DNA of 64,000 nucleotides from NCBI GenBank assembly GCA_965140705.1, contig OZ223300.1:1248001-1312000 (forward strand), written 5' to 3'. The translations under genes were made by a program, and so were the position numbers. This stretch comes from an uncultured Arcobacter sp. (GTDB taxonomy: Bacteria; Campylobacterota; Campylobacteria; Campylobacterales; Arcobacteraceae). Positions within the stretch are counted from its first letter, which is position 1. Every line of letters starts with the position of its first letter. The notes below the pieces were generated by a model. It had not been told where the DNA came from and did no database searches. It saw nothing but the letters and a program-made list of their open reading frames with translations. Positions 9,825 through 19,119 of the stretch are shown here, piece after piece.

Positions 9825-10732
9825 GTTTAGAAATAATAAATAAACCAATCCTTGTTACAATTCAAGATATGGGAAGATTCTCTTACTCTAATATTGGAGT
9901 TTCAAATTCAGGGGTTATGGATGAGTATGCTTATTTATATGTAAATAAAATCCTTGGAAATGATTTTGGTACAAATGCCCTAGAAATATCTTTTTCAAAT
10001 GTTCAGTTTAAAGTAAATGCCTCAACACAAATCGCACTTACAGGTGCGAAATGTGAGTTTTTTATAAATGATGTTTTAATGAATACTTGGGAAACACACA
10101 ATATAAAAAAAGGTGATATTTTAAAAGTTGGAAGAATAATAGAGGGTACGAGAGTATATCTAGCAGTAAGTGGTGGGTTTGATATAAAAAAAGAGTTTGG
10201 AAGTAATAGTACAACTATAAAAGAGAAACTTGGTGGGATAGATGGTGATAAATTAAAAAAAGGGGATATCTTACCTTTTAAAAGTTCACAACCCACATAC
10301 AAAAAAAGACTACATCAAGAATATATTCCAAAGTATAATAATGAGTTGACTCTAAGAGTAATTCTTTGTTCCCAAGAAGATAATTTTTCCAAAGAAGAGA
10401 AAGATAAATTCTTTTCAAACTCTTATACTGTAACAAATGATTTTAATAGAATGGGCTGTAAATTAAATGGTGAAGTAATAAAATCAGATATCAATGGAAT
10501 CATTTCAGAGGGCATTGCCTTTGGAGCTATTCAAATACCAAGTGATGGACAACCAATTATTTTATTAAAAGAGAGACAGACAATTGGAGGATATCCAAAG
10601 ATTGGAACTGTTTTTAGTCTAGATTGTTTTAATCTAGCCCAAGCAAAATCAAATAGCAAAATAAGATTCTCTCCCATAAGTATAGAAGAGGCACAAGAGA
10701 AGTTAAGAGCTTTTTATCACTATTTTAGATAG
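9821..10732 (+). CDS. pxpC: 5-oxoprolinase subunit C
   Basis: TIQDMGR, GVMD, NRMG and GQPIILLKERQTIGGYPKIG motifs. Confidence 0.92.
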   Translation: MSLEIINKPILVTIQDMGRFSYSNIGVSNSGVMDEYAYLYVNKILGNDFGTNALEISFSNVQFKVNASTQIALTGAKCEFFINDVLMNTWETHNIKKGDILKVGRIIEGTRVYLAVSGGFDIKKEFGSNSTTIKEKLGGIDGDKLKKGDILPFKSSQPTYKKRLHQEYIPKYNNELTLRVILCSQEDNFSKEEKDKFFSNSYTVTNDFNRMGCKLNGEVIKSDINGIISEGIAFGAIQIPSDGQPIILLKERQTIGGYPKIGTVFSLDCFNLAQAKSNSKIRFSPISIEEAQEKLRAFYHYFR

Positions 10733-10765
10733 TATTCTCCCTATTAATAAATATAGAGGATTATT

Positions 10766-11296
10766 TTGGAAGATATAATTAGTCAGTGGGGTTATTTAGC
10801 TCTATTCTTATACTCATTTGGTGGTGGTTTTGTTGGGCTTGTGGTTGCAAGTGTTTTAGCTTATTCTGGGGATTTAAATATATATGTATGTATTATAGTT
10901 GCAGCTAGTTCAAACTTTTTAGGGGATCAGTTTCTCTTTTACATGGCAAGAACAAATAAAAACTATGCAAAAGATATAATGAAAAAGCATGGGAGAAAAG
11001 TTGCACTTGCACATTTGTGGATGAGAAAATATGGCTCACCCGTTGTATTTTTACAAAAGTATGTATATGGGATAAAAACTTTAATTCCTTTAGCTATGGG
11101 ACTTACAAAATATTCATTTAAAAAATTTACTATATTTAACTTCTTTGCTACTATTCTTTGGTCAGTAGTAGTTGGATATATCAGTTATAAACTAGGCGAA
11201 GTTGTTTTAACTTATGCAGATGATTATAAGTATTATGGAGTGGCAATAATCTTAGCTATTGTACTTACTGTTACTTACTACTTAAAGAAGATATAA
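10766..11296 (+). CDS. DedA family membrane protein
   Basis: Hydrophobic; GDQFLFYMAR and KYVYGIKTLIPLAMG motifs. Confidence 0.85.
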   Translation: MEDIISQWGYLALFLYSFGGGFVGLVVASVLAYSGDLNIYVCIIVAASSNFLGDQFLFYMARTNKNYAKDIMKKHGRKVALAHLWMRKYGSPVVFLQKYVYGIKTLIPLAMGLTKYSFKKFTIFNFFATILWSVVVGYISYKLGEVVLTYADDYKYYGVAIILAIVLTVTYYLKKI

Positions 11297-12655
11297 ATGC
11301 TAGCAATAACTACACTAAATATAGATGAAAAACTAAAAGAGAATTTAAAATCATTAGGTTATGAAACTTTAACAAAAATACAAGAAGAGTCTTTACCTTT
11401 AATATTAGAGGGAAAAGATGTAATAGCAAAAGCAAAAACGGGAAGTGGAAAAACTGCTGCTTTTGGAATAGGCTTATTAAATAAATTAGATGTAAAGAAG
11501 TTCAAAACTCAATGTTTAGTTTTATGTCCTACAAGGGAGCTTGCTGACCAAGTTGCAGTTGAACTTAGAAGAATAGCTAGATATAAACATAATATTAAAA
11601 TATTAACTTTATGTGGTGGCGTTCCCTCAAGTAGACAAACACATTCATTAACTCATGGAGCTCATGTAATAGTTGGAACTCCGGGACGAGTACTTTTTCA
11701 TTTAAGAGAGCAAAACCTAAATCCAGAATCAATTGATACTCTTGTATTAGATGAAGCAGATAGAATGCTTGATATGGGATTTTTAGAAGATATAGAAAAG
11801 GTAATAAGCTTTATACCAAAACAGCGACAAACATTACTATTTTCTGCAACCTATGATGAAAATATAAAAGAGCTTTCGAAAGGTATTTTAGTAGATCCTA
11901 TTTTTAAAAGTGTAGACACAGTTCATACAGAAAGCACCATAAGAGAAGAGTTTATAAAAACTTCAAGAAAAGATAGTGTTTTATTAAAACTATTCTCAAC
12001 TTATAAACCAAGCTCAGTAATAATCTTTTGTAATACAAAAATCAAATGTGATGAACTAGATACTTATCTTTATGATATGGGATATGACCCTTTAGTTTTA
12101 CACTCTGATTTTGAACAAAAAACAAGAGATGAAATTATCACACTTTTTTCAAATAAATCATATCCAATACTAATTGCAACAGATGTAGCAAGTAGGGGAC
12201 TTGATATTGATGATGTTGAAATGGTTATAAATTATGATATGGCAAATGATACAAATGTTTATACTCATAGAATAGGAAGAACAGCAAGGGCTGGAAAAAG
12301 TGGAGTTGCTTTGACTTTATATAATGATTATGATGAAGATAAAGTTGAAGAGTTGCAAGTAAATAAAGAGCTAGTTTATGTTGATGAAGATAGTTTGATT
12401 GATGAGGTATATAAATTAACAGCAGAATTTAAAACTATTTATATAAGTGGTGGGAAAAAATTAAAACTAAGACCTGCTGATATCTTAGGGTGTTTGATTC
12501 AAGATAATGGTTTAGAAAAAGATGATATAGGTAAGATAAAAATACTTCCTATGTGCTCTTATGTGGCAATAAAAGTTGATGCTTATGAGAAAAAAATCAA
12601 AGGACAAGAGTCTTTAAAAATCAAAGGTAAATTTTTTAGAATATTTGATAGATAG
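11297..12655 (+). CDS. dbpA: ATP-dependent DEAD-box RNA helicase DbpA
   Basis: AKTGSGKT, PTRELA, DEAD, SAT and HRIGRTARAG motifs; C-terminal DbpA RNA-binding domain (GGKKLKLRPADILG). Confidence 0.92.
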   Translation: MLAITTLNIDEKLKENLKSLGYETLTKIQEESLPLILEGKDVIAKAKTGSGKTAAFGIGLLNKLDVKKFKTQCLVLCPTRELADQVAVELRRIARYKHNIKILTLCGGVPSSRQTHSLTHGAHVIVGTPGRVLFHLREQNLNPESIDTLVLDEADRMLDMGFLEDIEKVISFIPKQRQTLLFSATYDENIKELSKGILVDPIFKSVDTVHTESTIREEFIKTSRKDSVLLKLFSTYKPSSVIIFCNTKIKCDELDTYLYDMGYDPLVLHSDFEQKTRDEIITLFSNKSYPILIATDVASRGLDIDDVEMVINYDMANDTNVYTHRIGRTARAGKSGVALTLYNDYDEDKVEELQVNKELVYVDEDSLIDEVYKLTAEFKTIYISGGKKLKLRPADILGCLIQDNGLEKDDIGKIKILPMCSYVAIKVDAYEKKIKGQESLKIKGKFFRIFDR

Positions 12656-12722
12656 TTATTATTATAAAAAATAAAAGTAAAAATAGGTAATATATAATTA
12701 AATAATATATTTTTCAAGGAAT

Positions 12723-13694
12723 TTGATGAATAATTTGATTGTAAGTGGAATAAAAAGATTTTTGGAAGCTAATTCTTTTAATCAGAATATTTACGAATAT
12801 CTTGATTTTTATGACCGACTTAGAGATATAAAAGAAGTTAAGCTTATCTATGAAGAACTACAAAAATGGCTTGAAAAAACTTTTTATGTAAAATCATTAA
12901 AAATTGTAATTGACTCTTTAGATGAAAAAGATAAAGAGATTGCTTTTCAAAACTCTAGTGATGAAGTTTATGAAAATAACTCAATGCTTAAAAAATATAA
13001 AATTTTTATGAATAAAAGTTTAGCAATTAATTTTTATTTAGTTTGTGAAAATAAAAAACATCTAAAAGAAATTACATCAAATGATGAAATACTAAATGCT
13101 TTTTTTTATATGGTGGCACCTTTTATAACAAGCATTTCTTATCAAGAATTAGTACAAAAACTTACCTTCAAAGACCCATTAACAAGTGTTTATAATAGAA
13201 AGTTTTTAATTGAACATCTAAATAAACTCTTACCTTTGGCAAAAAGAGAAAATAAAAACATATCATTTTTAATGATAGGAATTGATCACTTTAAAGCAGT
13301 AATTGATGAGTTTGATTATGATATTGGTGATAAGGTTTTAATTAGTTTATCAGAAATATTAAGAAATAATATAAGGGAATCTGACATCGTTGTAAGATTA
13401 GAAGCGGATGAATTTTTGGTTACTTTAGTTGGACTTACATCACAAAGTGATGCGAAACTTGTGGCTCAAAAGTTAGTGGACGTTTTTGCAAAAAGTGAAG
13501 TAAAAGTATCTCCCTCAGGTTATACTTTGAAAAAAACTATTTGTGTGGGTATCACCCATTATGATAATCAAACAAATTCTGTTGATTATATTTTAAGAAA
13601 CGCTGATATATCCCTTTATGAAGCAAAAAATCTAGGAAGAAGTAAAATAAAAGAGTTTTTCCCAGATAATGTTGAATGTGTAGATTTATTTTAA
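12723..13694 (+). CDS. GGDEF-domain protein with a degenerate active site
   Basis: DPLTSVYNR and IGIDHFK motifs; RLEADEF in place of RxGGDEF; ADISLYEAKNLGR. Confidence 0.85.
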   Translation: MMNNLIVSGIKRFLEANSFNQNIYEYLDFYDRLRDIKEVKLIYEELQKWLEKTFYVKSLKIVIDSLDEKDKEIAFQNSSDEVYENNSMLKKYKIFMNKSLAINFYLVCENKKHLKEITSNDEILNAFFYMVAPFITSISYQELVQKLTFKDPLTSVYNRKFLIEHLNKLLPLAKRENKNISFLMIGIDHFKAVIDEFDYDIGDKVLISLSEILRNNIRESDIVVRLEADEFLVTLVGLTSQSDAKLVAQKLVDVFAKSEVKVSPSGYTLKKTICVGITHYDNQTNSVDYILRNADISLYEAKNLGRSKIKEFFPDNVECVDLF

Positions 13695-13704
13695 AGGAGT
13701 ATTT

Positions 13705-13992
13705 ATGGCAGTAGAAGCAAGTGCAAGACATATCTTAATAGATAATGAAGATATTTGTAATCAAGTAAAAGATCAAATAATTAGTGGAGATTTAGATTTT
13801 GTAGAAGCTGCAGAACAATATTCATTATGTCCATCAGGTGATCAAGGTGGAGAATTAGGTACATTTGGAAAAGGTCAAATGGTAAAAGAGTTTGAAGATG
13901 TTGTATTTACTGCTCCTGTAGGAAAAATACAAGGTCCAGTTCAAACAGAATTTGGTTACCATCTTATAGAAGTAACTTCAAGAAACGACTAA
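13705..13992 (+). CDS. ppiC: Parvulin-type peptidyl-prolyl isomerase
   Basis: ARHIL, SLCPS, GGELG, GQMV and GPVQTEFGYHLI motifs. Confidence 0.92.
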   Translation: MAVEASARHILIDNEDICNQVKDQIISGDLDFVEAAEQYSLCPSGDQGGELGTFGKGQMVKEFEDVVFTAPVGKIQGPVQTEFGYHLIEVTSRND

Positions 13993-14009
13993 AATAATTT
14001 AAATAAAGG

Positions 14010-14813
14010 CTAACTTTTTATAGTTGCCTTTATTAATACTTTCAGCTCAGAAATCTCTTCTCTTAGTTTTTTTATTTCATTATTTACATGATCTTCATTT
14101 GAATGAAGTTCTTCCATTATGTGTTTCTCTTCATCTTGGTTTAGTATGGCCATCGCATCAACTATAATTGCCACAACTAAATTTATCATTACAAATGTTA
14201 CAATAAAAATAAATGGAACAAAGAAAATCCAAGCATAAGGGTAAACTTCCATGATAGGTCTTACTATTCCCATAGACCAAGACTCTAAAGTCATGATTTG
14301 AAATAGAGTATAAAATGATTCACCTAATGTTCCAAACCATTGTGGAAAGTTTTCTGAAAACAGTTGAGTAGACATAATTGCAAATATATAAAAAAATAGA
14401 CTCATAAGTGCAATAACAGATAACATACCAGGTATTACACTAATAAGTGCTGCGACTATTTTTCTCATTTGAGGGACAACAGTTATAAGTCTAAAAAGTC
14501 TTAATACTCTTAGGATTCTAAGTATTTGGAATCCAGAACTTAATGGAATCAATGAAATAGCAACTATTGTAAAATCAAATATACTCCAAGCATCTTTGAA
14601 AAAGGCTATTCTGTGAACATAAATTCTAAGTATAATTTCTATTGTAAATATTGTAATAACGATTTGATTAAAAAGTACTGCATATACTTCATAGTTTGCC
14701 ATAAACTCTTTTGAAGTCTCTAATCCCATCGTAATACCATTTAATACGATTAAATAGGTTATGAATTTTGTAAAAAATCCACCATCTACAAATGATTTTA
14801 TTTTATTAAACAT
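14010..14813 (-). CDS. Bacterial voltage-gated sodium channel (NavAb/NaChBac family)
   Basis: S4 segment [13 protein letters not shown], selectivity filter TLESWSMG, C-terminal coiled coil. Confidence 0.93.
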   Translation of the reverse strand: MFNKIKSFVDGGFFTKFITYLIVLNGITMGLETSKEFMANYEVYAVLFNQIVITIFTIEIILRIYVHRIAFFKDAWSIFDFTIVAISLIPLSSGFQILRILRVLRLFRLITVVPQMRKIVAALISVIPGMLSVIALMSLFFYIFAIMSTQLFSENFPQWFGTLGESFYTLFQIMTLESWSMGIVRPIMEVYPYAWIFFVPFIFIVTFVMINLVVAIIVDAMAILNQDEEKHIMEELHSNEDHVNNEIKKLREEISELKVLIKATIKS

Positions 14814-14884
14814 GACAAGTCCTATTAGGATAATTTTTCGTAATAATAACTAAAAATTCTTAAGGAATTGTCTTTATTTTTTAT

Positions 14885-16564
14885 TTAATCTTCAAAGATT
14901 TTAAACACTATATCTTTAAGCTCTTTTTTCAAAGTTAGATTCATCTCTTTTTTGTTTGTATAGATATAAAAAGGCACAGTATTTAACATAGATTTTTTTA
15001 ATCTTTTTCTAACAGTTGAAATTTCATCTATAGGGATTATTTCTTCCCCATCATATAAAGTAAACTCTTTATTTAATCCCAAAGTAAAAGAGACAATTTG
15101 GTATGTGAAAAATATATCTTCTTCTGTTGTTTCCCATTTCTTTATAAATTTATCTAGCTCTATTCTAAGTTTTTTAAATCTGTTTTTTGTAAGGTATCCA
15201 AAGCTTTCTCTAAATTTATATCTTTCAATTGTAGAAAATTCTAGTACCTTATAAAATTCATTTAAATTTTTCCAAGGGGATCTGAAAAATCTTTTTCCAA
15301 ATAGTACTTCTTCAAATGATTTTAAATACTTTTTATCATCATTTGTTTTTATATCTTTATTTTTTATTTCAAAATACTCTTTTTTAAATAATGAAATTAG
15401 CCAATTTTCATCAAGCATAGAGACAATATCTAATCGTCTCTCTTCATTCTTTTCACTTAAAAAATTCCAAAGCATGGCAATACAATTTGATGAGTTTCTT
15501 TCATAAAACATGCCATTTTTAAAATATTTTTTAGAAAGATATAAAACTACATTTTCTAAAAGTGCATCTGTTTTTGCAATACCATGATTATAGATTACTT
15601 TTTTATATAGGTTAAATCTCATTTCTAAAAGATGCTCAATATCTATTAAACCCATATCAAAGAAGCTTATTTTAAAAGTTTTCCCATCTCTTACTAATAC
15701 AGTATGTTTTGTAATTCTTAAGTTATCATTTGCTCCACCAATATATCCTGAAGCTACCATATCTCGATTTATATAATCTAATCTATCAGCATCAATAGTT
15801 CCACTAATAATTGAATGTAATACTTTAAAATCAAATTTTCCATAAACCTTCTCTTTTAAAATAAACATACAAAGCTTATGTAATAATTTAAAATAATCAA
15901 TATCTGATTGTCTATCACTATTTTTTATAAGTTCTTCTTTAAATAATAAATCAATAAAGTTTTCACCAATGGCTTCATGTAATACTTGCTTTTGGTTTGA
16001 AGTTATGTCTTCATATAGGTCTTTAAAGTTCTCTTCTTTTTGTAATAAATCAGGAGTGTTTTGTATATTTTCATATACTCTTTTTAAAGCATTTTCAACT
16101 TGATGGGAAAAAGGAAGATGTCCTACATCATGTAATAATCCTGCTAGTCTTACTGCTTGTAATGTTATGATATATGTATCATTATACATTTTTGAATTTG
16201 TAGGTATTGAAAATTGGTATAAAGCTTTATTATCAAAATAAGAATTACCTTCATCAAATGTGATATTTAAATTATCTTCTACAATTATGTCATGTATAAC
16301 TTTTTTCATACTTCTTAGAAAGATATCTCTTGTTGAAGAGTCACTATTTAAAAGTGCATTTTTAAGCATATATGAACTTACATGCATTGTTCCCAAACAG
16401 TGTATAAATCTTTTTGTTGTAATTGAAGGAAATGAAAAATAAGCTAGAGCATTTTGTGTTACAAATTGCAATCTATTTAATATCTTACTTTGTAAAATCA
16501 AATCTTCTAGTTTGGTATACTCTATATGATTATAAATAGTATCATTTATTAGTCTATTTTGTAT
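14885..16564 (-). CDS. HD-domain phosphohydrolase (SAMHD1/dNTPase-like); probable non-canonical ATA start
   Basis: RFIH, LLHDVGHLPFSH and DADRLDY motifs; frame stays open upstream of the TTG at 16501 and encodes the conserved IND.IY.HI N-terminal motif; SD AAGGA lies 7 nt before ATA at 16564. Confidence 0.82.
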   Translation of the reverse strand: MQNRLINDTIYNHIEYTKLEDLILQSKILNRLQFVTQNALAYFSFPSITTKRFIHCLGTMHVSSYMLKNALLNSDSSTRDIFLRSMKKVIHDIIVEDNLNITFDEGNSYFDNKALYQFSIPTNSKMYNDTYIITLQAVRLAGLLHDVGHLPFSHQVENALKRVYENIQNTPDLLQKEENFKDLYEDITSNQKQVLHEAIGENFIDLLFKEELIKNSDRQSDIDYFKLLHKLCMFILKEKVYGKFDFKVLHSIISGTIDADRLDYINRDMVASGYIGGANDNLRITKHTVLVRDGKTFKISFFDMGLIDIEHLLEMRFNLYKKVIYNHGIAKTDALLENVVLYLSKKYFKNGMFYERNSSNCIAMLWNFLSEKNEERRLDIVSMLDENWLISLFKKEYFEIKNKDIKTNDDKKYLKSFEEVLFGKRFFRSPWKNLNEFYKVLEFSTIERYKFRESFGYLTKNRFKKLRIELDKFIKKWETTEEDIFFTYQIVSFTLGLNKEFTLYDGEEIIPIDEISTVRKRLKKSMLNTVPFYIYTNKKEMNLTLKKELKDIVFKIFED

Positions 16565-16684
16565 GGTAGGTTCCTTTTTTAAATTAAGTTACTCTTTTCA
16601 TAATTATGACTTAATTTTATTTAATGTTACAAATTAATTTCAATTTAATTACAAATTTATAAATATAATTATAGAATACTATAT

Positions 16685-16699
16685 TAATACTTATTATCA
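16685..16699 (+). promoter_or_regulatory. Putative Fur box
   Basis: TAATACTTATTATCA matches the 7-1-7 consensus TGATAATnATTATCA at 12 of 14 positions; directly upstream of the small Cys-rich ORF; the AT-rich background lowers specificity. Confidence 0.45.
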
Positions 16700-16712
16700 A
16701 TTAGGATACTCA

Positions 16713-16829
16713 ATGCAAGATGTAATAATTTTTTCAATCGTTATATTAGCTTTAGCATATATTTTAAGAAAAACATTCAAAAAAAATGGTGGTTGTGGTT
16801 GTGGAGAAGAGGGTTGTTCTAAAAAATAG
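16713..16829 (+). CDS. 38-aa FeoB-associated-type Cys-rich small membrane protein (not in the ORF track)
   Basis: SD AGGA plus ATG; MQDVIIFSIVILALAYILRKTFKKNGGCGCGEEGCSKK, i.e. one TM helix, a basic patch and a GCGC..GC tail. Confidence 0.8.
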   Translation: MQDVIIFSIVILALAYILRKTFKKNGGCGCGEEGCSKK

Positions 16830-16850
16830 AACAATTCTCTTAACTTATAT

Positions 16851-18227
16851 TTAGTTTTTCTTATTTTCAAATATTCGTTCAGTAAATTCTGCAAATTTAC
16901 CTCTTACTGCTTTTTCTAACTCAATTGCAAACATCTTAACTTCATCATGTTCAAAGTTTGTCTGTTTTAAAAGGGTAGTTAGACCATTGTTGTATTTATT
17001 TAAATACAAGTTATCAATTTGTCTATTTGATCCAATGACAATAGCCATACAGCTTTCATCAAGTCTTGAAAGTATAAGTTGGGTAGTTTTCTCACTTGAA
17101 TTTTGCCACTCATCCATAATAACAATTGCAGAGCTAAGTGTTCTTCCTCTAGCTTCCCCCGGCCATAGGGTTTCAATACAATATTTAGATGTTAGTTCAG
17201 AGATTTTGCTATCAATAGATTCTTTATTCTCTTTGTTTTCTGATTTTTTTAATTGCTTTTTAGCAATGAATTCTAAAGTATCAGTTAAAGCCATATTATA
17301 AATACGAAATTTTTCTTCATTACCTGATAAAAATCCAATATCAGCACCTTTATCAAGTGATTCAATAGAGTTTCGTACATATACTATTTTGTCATAAAGT
17401 CCTAAGTCAATAAGTCTCATTGCACTTGCAATTGACATCAATGTTTTACCACTTCCTGCTTTTGCATCAATTACAAGTAAATCATACATATTAGAAATAA
17501 TAGCTTTTGAAAATAGTTTTTGTTTGAGGTTTACAGGTTTTACTTGTAAGGCTTTAAAATCACTCTCACTTAATACATTTATTATTTTATTAATAATAAT
17601 TGCATACTCTTTATTTCCATCTTCACTACTAAATTCATAAGAGAAGTTTTCAAAAGTATATTTATCATCAAAAGAAGTAATAGGTTTCCCATCAAGTGAG
17701 TTAAATATAGATGAGTCAACTTCAAGTGTTTTTATAAATTCAAATTTAGGAACAACAGATTTATCATCATGTAGAGTCTCAGCTTTTATTCCTTTAAACT
17801 GAGCAAAAGTTCTTGCATAAATATCAATTGATAAAAATATTGTTTGAGCACCTTTATAGTACTGTTGTGCGATTGCTGCAACTTCAATGATTCTTTTGTC
17901 ATTACTTTCACTTAAATGAACTTGTTCTATTTCTGAATCATATTTATCTTTTGCAATAACATGTAGTTGAAGGTCATCACTAAAATATTTTACTACTTTG
18001 AATTTACTTCTATGATCTACTTCTTTGATTTTCATTTTAGCTAGAAGTCTAGCAAACTCTCTTGAGTAATAACCAAGTTCATTGGGTAACTTTTTTTTAT
18101 CCTCAAGCTCAAATAAAACAGTTTCTGGCACAACTATTACATTAGAGCCATTATCACCGACTTTATACAGGTTTTGTAGGTTCTGTAGAATAATGTTTGT
18201 ATCTACTACGTATATTTTTTCTTTCAT
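16851..18227 (-). CDS. PIN domain-PhoH ATPase fusion (PhoH2/YlaK-like)
   Basis: N-terminal PIN motifs (VVDTNI, ELED, NDKRI); Walker A AGSGKT, RGRT, DEWQN and GSNRQID. Confidence 0.9.
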   Translation of the reverse strand: MKEKIYVVDTNIILQNLQNLYKVGDNGSNVIVVPETVLFELEDKKKLPNELGYYSREFARLLAKMKIKEVDHRSKFKVVKYFSDDLQLHVIAKDKYDSEIEQVHLSESNDKRIIEVAAIAQQYYKGAQTIFLSIDIYARTFAQFKGIKAETLHDDKSVVPKFEFIKTLEVDSSIFNSLDGKPITSFDDKYTFENFSYEFSSEDGNKEYAIIINKIINVLSESDFKALQVKPVNLKQKLFSKAIISNMYDLLVIDAKAGSGKTLMSIASAMRLIDLGLYDKIVYVRNSIESLDKGADIGFLSGNEEKFRIYNMALTDTLEFIAKKQLKKSENKENKESIDSKISELTSKYCIETLWPGEARGRTLSSAIVIMDEWQNSSEKTTQLILSRLDESCMAIVIGSNRQIDNLYLNKYNNGLTTLLKQTNFEHDEVKMFAIELEKAVRGKFAEFTERIFENKKN

Positions 18228-18389
18228 AAATTCATTATATCATTAATTTTTTAGAAATTAATTACAAACTGTATATAAAATAGCTAGTTACATTTTGATA
18301 ACATATTAAATTTTCTAGATAAAGATTAGGATAAAATAGATGTAGAATATAGATGCAATATAAATAGAGTTTTATCTCTACTTATATTA

Positions 18390-18872
18390 TTAGATTAATT
18401 TTTCTCTTGAAACTATTACCCCATCTAAATCGGCATATAAATAATCACCTTCATGGAAAGTAACTCCCCCAAAGCTTAATTGGTCACCTCTTGAAGAGTT
18501 TGTTTTTTCAAAATTTCTTAATGGACAAGTCCCTATGGCATATAAAGCAACATCTATATCTTTTGTATAAGCTATATCTCTTACATATCCATTGATAATA
18601 ATAGCTTGCCAATTGTTATTTTTAGCAAAATCCATTAATTTATCTCCAACTACTCCATAAAAATATCTTGCATTTTCAACTACTACAACTTTCCCTTTTC
18701 CATTTTCATCTCTTAACATTTCTAATAGTTCCCAATTACTTTTATCAAGTTTTATGGTTACTATTTGTCCAGCACATTTTTTTAATCCCCCATAATTTTT
18801 ATATTCATTGGATAATACTTGTATCTCTTTGTCTCTGTTGTCATCGCATAAATCTGCAGTTTCAAAATTCAT
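18390..18872 (-). CDS. rraA: RraA family protein (short, classical type)
   Basis: TADLCD, YGG, GKVVVV, GYVRD and GDYLYADLDGV motifs; start moved to MNFET after SD GGGGA. Confidence 0.85.
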   Translation of the reverse strand: MNFETADLCDDNRDKEIQVLSNEYKNYGGLKKCAGQIVTIKLDKSNWELLEMLRDENGKGKVVVVENARYFYGVVGDKLMDFAKNNNWQAIIINGYVRDIAYTKDIDVALYAIGTCPLRNFEKTNSSRGDQLSFGGVTFHEGDYLYADLDGVIVSREKLI

Positions 18873-19067
18873 TTCTTCCCCTTTAATCTTATTTGAAGCA
18901 GAAGTATATGTTAATAAAGTGTACAAAAAATGTATAACTCAACTAAAATTAAGATTCTATTCATAATATTTTTATAATGTATCATAAGGTAACAAAAAAT
19001 TGGAAGATTTATTTATATTATATTGTAAAATTAATATTTACTTAATTTATTTTTAGAAATTAGGCAT

Positions 19068-19100
19068 AAAAAAAGGTTAGTCTTTTTGACTAACCTTTTT
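19068..19100 (-). terminator. Rho-independent terminator of the cold-shock gene
   Basis: Perfect 13-bp stem AAAAAGGTTAGTC/GACTAACCTTTTT. Confidence 0.88.
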
Positions 19101-19119
19101 ATTATAAATAACTTTATTA

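Noticed and set aside
8416..10732. Allophanate hydrolase / urea carboxylase annotation
   Set aside because: The LamB/YcsF plus two-subunit trio is the established PxpABC 5-oxoprolinase arrangement; no biotin carboxylase or amidase-signature gene is present.
16697..16894. 65-aa minus-strand ORF from the track
   Set aside because: Antisense shadow of the better-supported + strand Cys-rich microprotein (16713-16829), and it overlaps the phoH end in another frame.
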